64,000 bases of DNA. It comes from Bacteroidales bacterium. GTDB taxonomy: Bacteria > Bacteroidota > Bacteroidia > Bacteroidales > JAADGE01. Positions 47,349 to 56,441 of this stretch are shown here, in pieces. Numbering within the stretch: position 1 is the first letter of the stretch; each line of letters begins with the position of its first letter. The position numbers were made by a program, and so were the translations under genes. The stretch covers positions 2,004 through 66,003 of the forward strand of contig JAIORQ010000025.1 of NCBI GenBank assembly GCA_021108035.1. The letters are read 5' to 3'. Under the pieces are notes generated by a model. The model did no database searches. It was given only the letters and a program-made list of their open reading frames with translations, and was not told where the DNA came from.

Positions 47349-48799
47349 AAAAATCAGAGCTAAAAATATTACTTGAACAATTTGTAAATTTACCCAAAGA
47401 AACTGAATGGCTTGAATTTAAGGTAGATAATTCTAAACCTGAAATGATTGGCAAAAAAATTTCTGCACTTTCAAATGGTGCATCTTTGAGAAATAAATCA
47501 CACGGATATTTAATATTTGGTGTAAAAGATGATACACATAAAATTGTCGGAACTAATTTTAATCCAACAACAAGTAAAAAAGGAAATGAAGAATTAGAAC
47601 ATTGGATTGCTCAAAGATTAAGTCCAAAAATTGATTTTGAGATAAACGTCTTTGATTATGAAGATAAGCAAATAGTAATATTTATAATTCCTGCAAATAA
47701 ACAAGAACCTGTTAAATTTAAGAATATTGCTTATGTCAGAATTGGAAGTATTACACGTAAATTGATTGAATTTCCTGAAAAAGAACGAAAAATTTGGAAT
47801 AAAAACGAACAATTAAATTTTGAAGACAGAAATGCAAAAACTAATATTTCAGCTGATGCTGTTTTAGAATTACTTGATTTTTCGGCGTATTTTGAGCTAA
47901 CAGGTCAAAAAATGCCTTTTAATCAAAATTCAATACTTGAAAAACTGACACAGGAAGAATTTATTGAAAAGACTGAAAATCTGTATAATATCAAGAATTT
48001 AGGTGCAATTCTATTTGCCAAAGATTTAGAACAATTTGATAATTTACGAAGAAAAGTAACAAGAGTAATTATTTACAAAGGGAAAGGCAGACTTGAAACA
48101 ATAAAAGAACATCAAAATAAAAAAGGATTTGCAATTGGTTTTGATGATTTAGTAAATTATGTAAATGACCAATTGCCTACAAATGAAGAAATAGGAACAT
48201 CTTTTCGGAAAGAAATAAGAATGTATCCCAAAATAGCAATAAGAGAACTTGTTGCAAATGCGTTAATTCATCAAGATTTTAGTATTCGCGGAACAAGCGT
48301 TATGGTTGAGATTTTTACAGAACGTGTAGAAATAACAAATCCGGGGAATCCACTTATTGACACATTGCGATTTATAGACCATAACCCATTTTCAAGAAAT
48401 GAAAAGCTCGCATCATTTATGCGAAGAATAAATCTTTGTGAAGAAAGGGGAACCGGAATTGACAAAGTGATTACAGAATGCGAATTATATCAATTACCGG
48501 CACCGAAATTTCAAGGCGAAGATATGTTTACACGAGTTTATCTATACGCACCAAGAGAATTACGAGAAATGGATAAGCAAGATAAAATTAGAGCCACATA
48601 TCAACATTGTTGTTTAAAATACGTTTTTGATGAATTTATGACAAATCAATCTTTACGAGAGCGATTTAAGATTGAAAAGAAAAATTATCCAATGGTTTCA
48701 AAAATTATGAAAGATGCACTAAATAGCGGAATGATAAAAGAATTTGATACTGAAAATAAAGCAAAACGTTATACAAAATATATTCCATTTTGGGCATAG
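47345..48799 (+). CDS. Schlafen-like AlbA_2 (divergent AAA / putative DNA-binding) domain + HATPase_c_4 domain protein ('ATP-binding protein' / transcriptional-regulator-like)
   Basis: 484 aa. N-terminal AlbA_2 signature (ETEWLEFKVDNSKPEMIGKKISALSNGASLRNKSHGYLIFGVKDDTHKIVGT). C-terminal HATPase_c_4/RecG-C-like (ELVANALIHQDFSIRGTSVMVEIFTERVEITNPGNP). Translationally coupled to the HEPN-like gene. Confidence 0.7.
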   Translation: MKKSELKILLEQFVNLPKETEWLEFKVDNSKPEMIGKKISALSNGASLRNKSHGYLIFGVKDDTHKIVGTNFNPTTSKKGNEELEHWIAQRLSPKIDFEINVFDYEDKQIVIFIIPANKQEPVKFKNIAYVRIGSITRKLIEFPEKERKIWNKNEQLNFEDRNAKTNISADAVLELLDFSAYFELTGQKMPFNQNSILEKLTQEEFIEKTENLYNIKNLGAILFAKDLEQFDNLRRKVTRVIIYKGKGRLETIKEHQNKKGFAIGFDDLVNYVNDQLPTNEEIGTSFRKEIRMYPKIAIRELVANALIHQDFSIRGTSVMVEIFTERVEITNPGNPLIDTLRFIDHNPFSRNEKLASFMRRINLCEERGTGIDKVITECELYQLPAPKFQGEDMFTRVYLYAPRELREMDKQDKIRATYQHCCLKYVFDEFMTNQSLRERFKIEKKNYPMVSKIMKDALNSGMIKEFDTENKAKRYTKYIPFWA

Positions 48800-48940
48800 T
48801 TTTAATGTAATGGTAATATAACTATATTAAAGCATAAATCATTAACACGTTGATTATCAATAGAAAGCTAATGTAACTGTAATGTAATTGAACACAACGA
48901 ACTGATAAAAAAAAGATGATAACAGCGGTATGGTGTCAGT

Positions 48941-48994
48941 CATTTTTTGCTTGTTTTTTACGAGCGAAGCGAAGTAAAAAACAAGCAAAAAATG
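48941..48994 (+). promoter_or_regulatory. Perfect 21-bp inverted repeat (cattttttgcttgttttttac - gagcgaagcgaa - gtaaaaaacaagcaaaaaatg) whose 3' arm ends in the ATG of the ECF sigma ORF
   Basis: Read from the sequence. 21/21 complementary, 12-nt loop, no T-run, so it is not a terminator. It would sequester the first in-frame ATG/RBS of the ECF sigma gene or mark a protein-binding palindrome. Confidence 0.5.
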
Positions 48995-49618
48995 CCCGAA
49001 CACCAAGCCGTATTCGATATTTCAAATTTGAAGTTTCAGGTAATGACTGAAAAAGAAATAATAGACGGTATTTTAAACGGAAATCAAAAATATTTTAAAG
49101 AGCTTGTAGATAAATATCAGTCGCTTGTACTAAATACTTGCAATAGTTTTTTGCATAACAAGAATAATGCGGAAGACATTACGCAAGAAGTTTTTATTGA
49201 AGTCTTTTTGTCTATACATAAATTTAACAGAGAAGCAAAATTATCAACATGGCTTTATAGAATTTCTGCTAATAAATCATTAAATTTTATAAGAGATAAT
49301 AATAAAAGAAAGCGCTTTAAGAGTATTGAAAGTTTTTTCTCCGATGAACAAAACACAGAACTCCAAATTCCGGATAACGATTCTCAATATAATGATACAG
49401 ATGATATTCAAGATGAAAAGACAGAATTACTGCATAATTCAATTAATGTTCTTTCAAAAAATCAAAAAATTGCTTTCACTTTAAGTAAATTTGAAAATTT
49501 ATCTTATGTGCAAATCGCTGAAGTTATGAATTTATCATTATCATCTGTTGAAGGACTTATACACAGAGCAAAAAGGAATGTGCAGAAGAAAGTATTGAAT
49601 TTTTATAAAAAGAAATGA
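48992..49618 (+). CDS. ECF-type RNA polymerase sigma factor
   Basis: Region 2 (YFKELVDKYQSLVLNTCNSFLHNKNNAEDITQEVFIEVF...WLYRISANKSLNFIRD) and region 4 HTH (LSYVQIAEVMNLSLSSVEGLIHRAKRNV). The ORF-track start (48947, TTG) lies inside the hairpin. ATG 48992 or the internal ATG ~49043 (MTEKEII) is more plausible. Confidence 0.8.
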   Translation: MPEHQAVFDISNLKFQVMTEKEIIDGILNGNQKYFKELVDKYQSLVLNTCNSFLHNKNNAEDITQEVFIEVFLSIHKFNREAKLSTWLYRISANKSLNFIRDNNKRKRFKSIESFFSDEQNTELQIPDNDSQYNDTDDIQDEKTELLHNSINVLSKNQKIAFTLSKFENLSYVQIAEVMNLSLSSVEGLIHRAKRNVQKKVLNFYKKK

Positions 49619-49672
49619 AAAAATGCAAAAGGTTTTTCAATAACTTGTGTCAAATTAATAAAACAGCTTAAT

Positions 49673-50113
49673 ATGAAATGTAAAAATATTCATAAAAAAT
49701 TAATTTTTTTCATTAATGATGAGCTTACCGGTTCCATAAATGAAGAAATCAAAATTCACTTAAAAGGTTGTAAAAAATGCAATAATATATATACTGCATT
49801 AGAAACAACTTTGAATCTTGTAGGGAAAAAGAAAACTATTAAACCGAACCCGTTTTTATATACGAGAATAAAACAAAAATTGAACGAAATTGAAATTGAA
49901 AAAAAACAAGCTGTATTTAATCCTGTTTATAAAAGAGTATTACAACCGGTTTTTTTATCACTTCTGTTAGCGGCAGGTATTTTTACCGGAATAAAACTCG
50001 GGAGTTCTTATGAAATAAAACAGCAAAAAAACAAATCAGTATCGCAAACAACAGAATTCTATTTTAACGATTTTAATCAAGAAAAACTTGAAATTGTATT
50101 ATTAAAAGAATAA
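49673..50113 (+). CDS. Anti-sigma factor with N-terminal zf-HC2 zinc finger and one TM helix
   Basis: 146 aa. HLKGCKKC (HxxxCxxC) motif. TM segment VFLSLLLAAGIFTGI. Immediately downstream of the ECF sigma gene. Confidence 0.65.
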   Translation: MKCKNIHKKLIFFINDELTGSINEEIKIHLKGCKKCNNIYTALETTLNLVGKKKTIKPNPFLYTRIKQKLNEIEIEKKQAVFNPVYKRVLQPVFLSLLLAAGIFTGIKLGSSYEIKQQKNKSVSQTTEFYFNDFNQEKLEIVLLKE

Positions 50114-50123
50114 GCAAAAAACG

Positions 50124-50669
50124 ATGAATAAAATATACAACAAAAGCATTTTAATTTGGATAATAGTAATTCTTGCATTAACAAATCTTTCAACAATAGG
50201 AACGATATTATATCGGGCTTATTTTCAAGAAAGCACTATTCAGTATGATAATTCGGAACATATTGAAATTCCGAACAGCCGAATCGGCAGATTTTTCAGA
50301 GATGAATTAAATTTAAATTATGAACAGCATCAACAGTTTAGAAATTTCAGACAAAATTTTCACAGAGAAGCGAATATATTGGCAGATGAAATGCAAGTAA
50401 GACGAAATGAATTAATGATTGAATTAAGAAAAGAAAAATCAGATTCAATTTACCTGCACAAACTTGCAAGAGAAATAGGAAATTTGCATTCAGAGCTTAA
50501 ACATTTAACTTTTGAATATTATCTCGAAATGAAAAATGTTTGCACAGATGAACAAAAAGAAAAATTATTTCAGATTTTTAATTCAATGACAAATCAAGGG
50601 ACTGAATTTAAAATGCCTTATAAAAAACATAATAAATTTAACAGAGAAAAAGATGAAAAACAAATTTAG
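50124..50669 (+). CDS. Periplasmic Spy/CpxP/LTXXQ-like helical protein (membrane-anchored)
   Basis: 181 aa. N-terminal TM/signal anchor. Helical region with repeated ...L..EQ...F motifs (LNYEQHQQFRNFRQNF..., CTDEQKEKLFQIF) resembling the LTXXQ family. Confidence 0.4.
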   Translation: MNKIYNKSILIWIIVILALTNLSTIGTILYRAYFQESTIQYDNSEHIEIPNSRIGRFFRDELNLNYEQHQQFRNFRQNFHREANILADEMQVRRNELMIELRKEKSDSIYLHKLAREIGNLHSELKHLTFEYYLEMKNVCTDEQKEKLFQIFNSMTNQGTEFKMPYKKHNKFNREKDEKQI

Positions 50670-51501
50670 TTGGAGAGCTTTTATAAGTATGGGATTATTT
50701 TATTCGTTTTTAATAATATTTATAACAGGTATTATTTTGTATTTAACTCCGACAGGACGAATAGCACACTGGATAAACTGGAAATTTCTCGGATTTACAA
50801 AAGATGATTGGCAAGCAATACACATTATATTTTCTTTAATTTTTGCAATACTGTCAATTTTTCATTTATTTACTGTTAATTGGAAAGATTTTTGGTCGTA
50901 TCTCAAAAATAAAAAAAAACAAGGATTAAATAAAAAGAAAGAATTTTACTTATCTTCTGTATTCACTGTTCTGATTTTTCTTGGTGTTATTTTTTCAATT
51001 CCGCCGTTTAGTTCGGTAATTAATTTTGGTGAATATTTAACCAAATCATGGGAAAATGAAAGCAATAAACCTCCGATACCACATGCTGAATTGTTGACTT
51101 TGAATGAAATACAGGAGAGACTTGAAGATATTTCTATTGATGAAATTAAAAAAAAATTAAGAAAAAACAATATTAATTTTAACAATACGAATGAAACATT
51201 GGCTGAAATTGGGAGATTTAATAATATAAATCCTATTGAAATTTATAATATCATTACAAAGAAGACATCTCAAAGTATGAAAGGAAGCGGAATCGGAAAG
51301 AAAACATTAGAAGAGATTGCAAATGAAAATAATAAAGATTTAAATCAATTATTGCAAATTTTAAAAGAAAACGACATTACTGCTCGAAAAGAGCAGACCT
51401 TAAAAGAAATAGCTTCTGAAAATGATATTGCAACAAAGGATATATACGAATTAATTATGGGATTGGTAAAAAAAAATAAAAAAAAGCACAAGTTTTTTTG
51501 A
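50653..51501 (+). CDS. DUF4405-type membrane protein (cytochrome-b-like 3-4 TM domain) with C-terminal triplicated helical repeat
   Basis: 282 aa. TM region FISMGLFYSFLIIFITGIILYLTP...HIIFSLIFAILSIFHLF. C-terminal repeats TLAEIGRFNNINPIEIYNII / KTLEEIANENNKDLNQLLQIL / QTLKEIASENDIATKDIYELI. Start overlaps the previous gene. Confidence 0.5.
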   Translation: MKNKFSWRAFISMGLFYSFLIIFITGIILYLTPTGRIAHWINWKFLGFTKDDWQAIHIIFSLIFAILSIFHLFTVNWKDFWSYLKNKKKQGLNKKKEFYLSSVFTVLIFLGVIFSIPPFSSVINFGEYLTKSWENESNKPPIPHAELLTLNEIQERLEDISIDEIKKKLRKNNINFNNTNETLAEIGRFNNINPIEIYNIITKKTSQSMKGSGIGKKTLEEIANENNKDLNQLLQILKENDITARKEQTLKEIASENDIATKDIYELIMGLVKKNKKKHKFF

Positions 51502-51596
51502 AAACTCGTGTCAAACTAATAAAACATTTTCAAAATTGAATTTACGTAAATTGTAAATAAACTACTTGCAGTATTAACTTTTAAAAATAAATAAAA

Positions 51597-52157
51597 ATGA
51601 GAACTATAAAATTAGTAACAATCACAATGATGTTTACGGCAATGTTATTTAGCATAAACACAAATATTTTTGCCCAAAAAGGATATGGATACGGAACAGG
51701 GCAAGGATACGGAACCGGACAAGGATACGGAACAGGACAAAGTTATTTTTGTAATAATATTCCGAATTTGACTGTTGACCAACAAAATAAAATTAACGAA
51801 TTAAGAACTGCACATTGGAAAAAAGTACAAGGCAATCATAACCTGCTTGCAGAAAAAAGAGCACGCTTACAAACATTACGTACAGCTGATAATGTTGATA
51901 TGAATGCAATCAATAATACAATTGATGAAATAAGTGTTATTCAGACAGGTATGCATAAAAACAAAGAGCAACATTTCCAAAATGTAAGAAGTATTCTTAC
52001 TGCTGACCAAAGAGTATATTTTGATAATTTCAACAGAGGCAACAGATACGGACAAGGATACGGAAGAGGCAGAGGTAACGGCTACGGACAAGGATACGGA
52101 AGAGGCAGAGGTAACGGATATGGAAGAAGAGACGGTCAATGCCGAAGAAATTGGTAA
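51597..52157 (+). CDS. Secreted LTXXQ (Spy/CpxP/ZraP-like) protein flanked by Gly-Tyr-rich tandem repeats
   Basis: 186 aa. Signal peptide. N-terminal (GYGTGQ)x3 from an 18-nt tandem DNA repeat. Two LTXXQ-like motifs (LTVDQQNKINELR, LTADQRVYF). C-terminal (GYGQGYGRGRGN)x2 from a 36-nt tandem repeat. Confidence 0.6.
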   Translation: MRTIKLVTITMMFTAMLFSINTNIFAQKGYGYGTGQGYGTGQGYGTGQSYFCNNIPNLTVDQQNKINELRTAHWKKVQGNHNLLAEKRARLQTLRTADNVDMNAINNTIDEISVIQTGMHKNKEQHFQNVRSILTADQRVYFDNFNRGNRYGQGYGRGRGNGYGQGYGRGRGNGYGRRDGQCRRNW

Positions 52158-52178
52158 AATTTTTATAATGAATTTTCA

Positions 52179-52212
52179 AAAAGCTGCAGGAGTTAATTTT
52201 TGCAGCTTTTTT
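52179..52212 (+). terminator. Rho-independent terminator (aaagctgca-ggagttaatttt-tgcagcttt + TTT)
   Basis: 9-bp stem with a T-rich tail directly after the GY-repeat gene. Confidence 0.6.
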
Positions 52213-52465
52213 CATTTTTTTGTTGTGCTTAACTATATCCGGCACACAACCGATTTATCTTTGCTTACAACTTGTGTGATATAACTTTGTGATTTTCATT
52301 TTTCTGAAAACATTTTAATTGTGTATTTTTGTTCTTTGGTGATATGAGTCATTGCAACTTTATTTTTGGTGATTAAGGGTGGCAATATACATATTTCCGT
52401 CAAAGCAATTAAAGCAGATTTTTTAATTTTTTTGTTTAAATGCAAAAAAAGCATAATTTTGTACA

Positions 52466-52819
52466 ATGGGAAAAACAATATTTTTTTTATCAATAACCGT
52501 TTTGTTTTTTTTATCAGTAAATTGTAATAAAAACAAACTAATTCCTGATGATGAAATTCCTCAATGGCTGAAAGAAAGAATTGCCGAAGATGAAGCTGTA
52601 ATTGATACTGCCCCGAAATTGATGACGAATTACGGAGCATGGATAAGATATAAATTTGAAGAAGATTATTATTTTGAATATGACAATGCTTTGAGTTCGG
52701 CTTGTTGCTATATGTTAAATTTTGAAGGAGAATATTATAATTATTTTGATGAATCTTTCGAAACTTATCAAGATGATAAATGTTGCAAGAAATATGTTTG
52801 GAAAGCACCGAAATACTAA
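52466..52819 (+). CDS. Putative lipoprotein (Cys-rich, 117 aa)
   Basis: Signal/lipobox LSVNCNKN. Mature part is Tyr/Glu/Cys-rich. Preferred over the overlapping low-complexity minus-strand ORF 52296-52808. Confidence 0.4.
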   Translation: MGKTIFFLSITVLFFLSVNCNKNKLIPDDEIPQWLKERIAEDEAVIDTAPKLMTNYGAWIRYKFEEDYYFEYDNALSSACCYMLNFEGEYYNYFDESFETYQDDKCCKKYVWKAPKY

Positions 52820-52828
52820 GACTATGGT

Positions 52829-54019
52829 TTAACTGATAACTCCGGATCCGATTAGTTCATCTTCAATATAAAAAGCAGCAAATTGTCCGGAAGTAATACC
52901 TCTTTGGTCTTCATCAAAAATTAAATATGCACCTTCCGGCCTCATAAAAAGTGTTGCTTTTTGTAATGCTTGTCTGTATCTTATTCTTGATAAAATTTTT
53001 ATTGAATCTCCCGGTGATACTTCCAAATCCGGTCTTACCCAATGAATTTCATTTTTAGAGATAAATAAGCCTTTTCTGAACAATCCCGGATGTTGCTTTC
53101 CTTCGCCTATATAAACAATATTTTTAACAACATCTGTTCCTATAACGAATGGCGGCTCCTTTAATCCGCCGATTCCCAAACCTTGTCTTTGACCGATGGT
53201 ATAAAAATGAGCCCCGTTATGTTCTCCTGCTTTAATTCCGCTTTCCGGAAAATAAGAAAACGGTTCGGATAGTATTTTCAATTGTTCGTCAAAAGAAAGC
53301 ATATCAATATTTTCATATTTTGAAAACTTATTATAATCAGTAGGTATTTTAATAATATCTCCCTTTTTACTTTCTAATTTTTGTTGCAGAAATGTTGGTA
53401 AATCTACTTTTCCCACAAAACAAATACCTTGTGAATCTTTTTTATGGGAACAGGCAAGTCCCGATTTACCGGCAATTGCTCTGACTTCTGATTTTTGAAG
53501 TTCTCCGATAGGAAATAATGCTTTTTCAAGTTGTTTTTGAGATAATTGACATAAAAAATAAGACTGGTCTTTATTATTGTCTTTTCCTGCAAGTAATCTG
53601 TGAATTTGTTTTCCGTCTTTTTCAATTGTTTCTTTTCTGCAATAATGACCGGTTGCAACCATATCAGCACCCATTTCAAGAACTTTGTCCAAGAAAACAT
53701 CAAATTTTATCTCTCTGTTACACAGTACATCAGGATTAGGAGTCCTGCCTTTTTCATACTCTGAAAACATATAATCAACCACACGTTTTGCATATAATTC
53801 ACTGAAATCAACAGTTTGAAAAGGGATGTCTAATTTTCGGGCAACTAATTGAGCTATCAGAATATCTTCATCGCTCGGACAACTGCCTTCAATTACACCT
53901 TCTGTATCATGCCAATTAATCATGTAAACGGCATGAACATCATAACCCTGCTCTTTAAGCAAATATGCTGCAACACCGGAATCAACACCTCCCGACAAAC
54001 CAACTATTATTTTTTTCAA
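52829..54019 (-). CDS. mnmA: tRNA-specific 2-thiouridylase MnmA
   Basis: PP-loop SGGVDS (IIVGLSGGVDSGVAAYLL). Catalytic Cys regions. 396 aa, typical MnmA length. Confidence 0.85.
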   Translation of the reverse strand: MKKIIVGLSGGVDSGVAAYLLKEQGYDVHAVYMINWHDTEGVIEGSCPSDEDILIAQLVARKLDIPFQTVDFSELYAKRVVDYMFSEYEKGRTPNPDVLCNREIKFDVFLDKVLEMGADMVATGHYCRKETIEKDGKQIHRLLAGKDNNKDQSYFLCQLSQKQLEKALFPIGELQKSEVRAIAGKSGLACSHKKDSQGICFVGKVDLPTFLQQKLESKKGDIIKIPTDYNKFSKYENIDMLSFDEQLKILSEPFSYFPESGIKAGEHNGAHFYTIGQRQGLGIGGLKEPPFVIGTDVVKNIVYIGEGKQHPGLFRKGLFISKNEIHWVRPDLEVSPGDSIKILSRIRYRQALQKATLFMRPEGAYLIFDEDQRGITSGQFAAFYIEDELIGSGVIS

Positions 54020-54041
54020 CTAATTTACCTTTAAAATCTGT

Positions 54042-54278
54042 TTAATGAGCGGAAATTTCTGTTACAATAAAATCTGTTCCGTCAAAAACACCTATTGCTC
54101 TATATTTTTGATTAATACGAAAATAATAAATTCCCTTTGATTTTGGTTTTCGTTTCTTAAATTTCACAGCAGAAAATTGATTTTCTTTAAGAAATTCTTT
54201 TGCTTTTTTGTACTGTGAAACAAGATTCCTTTTGGAAAGATACTTTATAATTGATTCGTCTAATTCGTAAACTTCCAT
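54042..54278 (-). CDS. Type II toxin, RelE/ParE family
   Basis: 78 aa. C-terminal GIYYFRINQKYRAIGVFDGTDFIVTEISAH matches the RelE/ParE core (..Ri...yRaiy.vd...v.il.i.h). Start overlaps the antitoxin stop. Confidence 0.55.
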   Translation of the reverse strand: MEVYELDESIIKYLSKRNLVSQYKKAKEFLKENQFSAVKFKKRKPKSKGIYYFRINQKYRAIGVFDGTDFIVTEISAH

Positions 54279-54478
54279 CAGATATTCAGCATTTTTGATT
54301 TTGAAGTATTCAATGCTTTATCAAAACGTTTTTTTTGTTTTGGTGTGATTTCATTTTCAGTTAAAGGAAATAAAATCCCGTATCCTTCTTGTTCATTCAA
54401 ATAATCAACAAACTCATCCAAATCTTGAAAATCTGTTTTATCAAAATTAAAACCTTTATGTATAGTAATAGTAGTCAT
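54278..54478 (-). CDS. Putative cognate antitoxin (66 aa)
   Basis: Small acidic ORF immediately upstream of, and translationally coupled to, the RelE/ParE-like toxin. The family was not recognised. Confidence 0.4.
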   Translation of the reverse strand: MTTITIHKGFNFDKTDFQDLDEFVDYLNEQEGYGILFPLTENEITPKQKKRFDKALNTSKSKMLNI

Positions 54479-54628
54479 ATTTCATTTATATAACACAAAG
54501 TTACTAAATTGTTTTGATTTTACAGAGATATAATCTAATTTTATTGTTCTGTAATATTGCATAGAATAGCGAAGCTTTAAACAAAAATTATATAAATATC
54601 AAAATTTTGCCGGAAAACAAAATTTAGT

Positions 54629-56314
54629 ATGTCAAGGGCTTTGCCATACAGCCGTTCACAGAATAACAATAAAAAAATGAAATTAAAAAGATACATAGAA
54701 GAACACCAAAATCAAGAATTTGACTTGATTATAATCGGCGGAGGAATAACCGGTGCTGCTGTTGCATATGCAGCATCAGGCAGAGGACTTAAGGTTGCTC
54801 TTTTTGAGAAAAAGGATTACGGCGGTGCAACTTCTGCCGCTACATCAAAATTAATTCACGGAGGTTTAAGGTACCTGGCAAATATGGAATTTAAATTGGT
54901 CAGAGAATCACTTCAGGAAAGACGTATTTTAGGAAATATTGCTCCTAATTTTGTTTATCCCTTGCCTTTTCTTTTTCCTAATTATGTGAAATGGAAAGGG
55001 AATATGTGGAAAATGATGGCAGGCATGTTTTTATACGACACACTTTCCTACGATAAAAAATATACATGGGATAAGAGCAAAAGACTTCCGAATCATAAAA
55101 CTTTATCGTATAAAAAAACAATTGAGGCAGAGCCTAATATCATTAAAGAAAAGTTAAGAAATTCTACTGTTTTTTATGATTATCAAAGCATTTTTCCTGA
55201 AAGGTTGACATTGGCATTTATAAAATCAGCAGTTGAATATGGGGCAAAAGTTTCAAATTATTCTGCGGTAAAAGAATTCAGTTTCAGTAAAACTAATGAA
55301 ATTAACGGCGTTATTGTTAAAGATGAATTTTCTGACCTAACAAAAACAATTCATGCTCCTTTAACAATAAATTGTGGCGGCACTTGGGCAGATGTTATTT
55401 TAAATATGGCTTCAAAAAAAGAATCTTGTCATAAGGTAAAAAGATCCGAGGGCATCCACATTATTACAAAAAAAATTGCAGGAGACCATGTAATTTCATT
55501 ACAAAAAAAGGAAGGCGGACATTTTATGATTATGCCGTGGCGAGGGCATTCGTTAATAGGTACTACTGATAAAGAATACATCGGTTCTCCGGATGAATAT
55601 AAAGTGTCTAAACAAAGTTTGTATGAAGTGATAGATGCTGTAAATAATAATTACAATAAAAAAATTGCATACAGTGATATTTTACATGCATATGGTGGTC
55701 TTCGTCCTTTGGTTGATGACCAAACCGAAGGTTCTTATAACACATCAAGAAGATATGAAGTTTATGATAATGCAAAAGACGGTATTGGCGGTCTTATTAC
55801 AGTAGAAGGAGGCAAATATACAACCAGCAGAAATTTGGCTTACCATGTAACGGAATTAATTCAAAAGAAGATTGATAAAAAACTTTGTAAATCATTTTCT
55901 TATAAATTATATCTTTCAGGTTGTGAAATTAAAGATATGAATGAATTTATGAGGAAACAACACCTTCAGTATGATAATTTTTTCGGAAAAGAAACAGTAG
56001 AATATATAAGCAGAAACTACGGAACACAAAGTCATACAGTTTTTCAGATTGCAGAAGATAATTCTGAATTTGCAGAAGTTGTGAGCAGCGATGGTGAATT
56101 ATTGGCAGAAGTAGTTTATGCAATTAAGCATGAAAGTGCAATGACATTAAAAGATATTTTATTAAGACGTACAGGAATCGGAACTTTGAGTAAACCGAAA
56201 GAAGAAATTTTACAAAAAGTTATAAAAATCGCATCCGAAATGTTAAATTGGAACGATGAAAGAATTCAAGATGAATACAATTCTGTAATTGAACTTTATA
56301 CATTGCCGAAGTAA
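54629..56314 (+). CDS. glpD: FAD-dependent glycerol-3-phosphate dehydrogenase
   Basis: FAD-binding N-terminus FDLIIIGGGITGAAVAYAASGRGLKVALFEKKDYGGATSAATSKLIHGGLRYL closely parallels GlpD/GlpA. The start may be the internal MKLKRY. Confidence 0.75.
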   Translation: MSRALPYSRSQNNNKKMKLKRYIEEHQNQEFDLIIIGGGITGAAVAYAASGRGLKVALFEKKDYGGATSAATSKLIHGGLRYLANMEFKLVRESLQERRILGNIAPNFVYPLPFLFPNYVKWKGNMWKMMAGMFLYDTLSYDKKYTWDKSKRLPNHKTLSYKKTIEAEPNIIKEKLRNSTVFYDYQSIFPERLTLAFIKSAVEYGAKVSNYSAVKEFSFSKTNEINGVIVKDEFSDLTKTIHAPLTINCGGTWADVILNMASKKESCHKVKRSEGIHIITKKIAGDHVISLQKKEGGHFMIMPWRGHSLIGTTDKEYIGSPDEYKVSKQSLYEVIDAVNNNYNKKIAYSDILHAYGGLRPLVDDQTEGSYNTSRRYEVYDNAKDGIGGLITVEGGKYTTSRNLAYHVTELIQKKIDKKLCKSFSYKLYLSGCEIKDMNEFMRKQHLQYDNFFGKETVEYISRNYGTQSHTVFQIAEDNSEFAEVVSSDGELLAEVVYAIKHESAMTLKDILLRRTGIGTLSKPKEEILQKVIKIASEMLNWNDERIQDEYNSVIELYTLPK

Positions 56315-56441
56315 CCTTTCAGCAAAGTCAGGGTTTGACTATATTTGCAAATTTGAAATAATCTTAAAATATTGCTGTTCATCAATTAAAGACAGTCAAG
56401 CCTGACTAATTACAATTTCAAACTTTTAATATAAACCCGAA

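Noticed and set aside
52296-52808. 170-aa minus-strand ORF overlapping the 52466-52819 lipoprotein ORF
   Set aside because: Asn/Leu/Ile-rich low-complexity translation with no signal or domain features. The plus-strand ORF has a plausible lipobox and is preferred.
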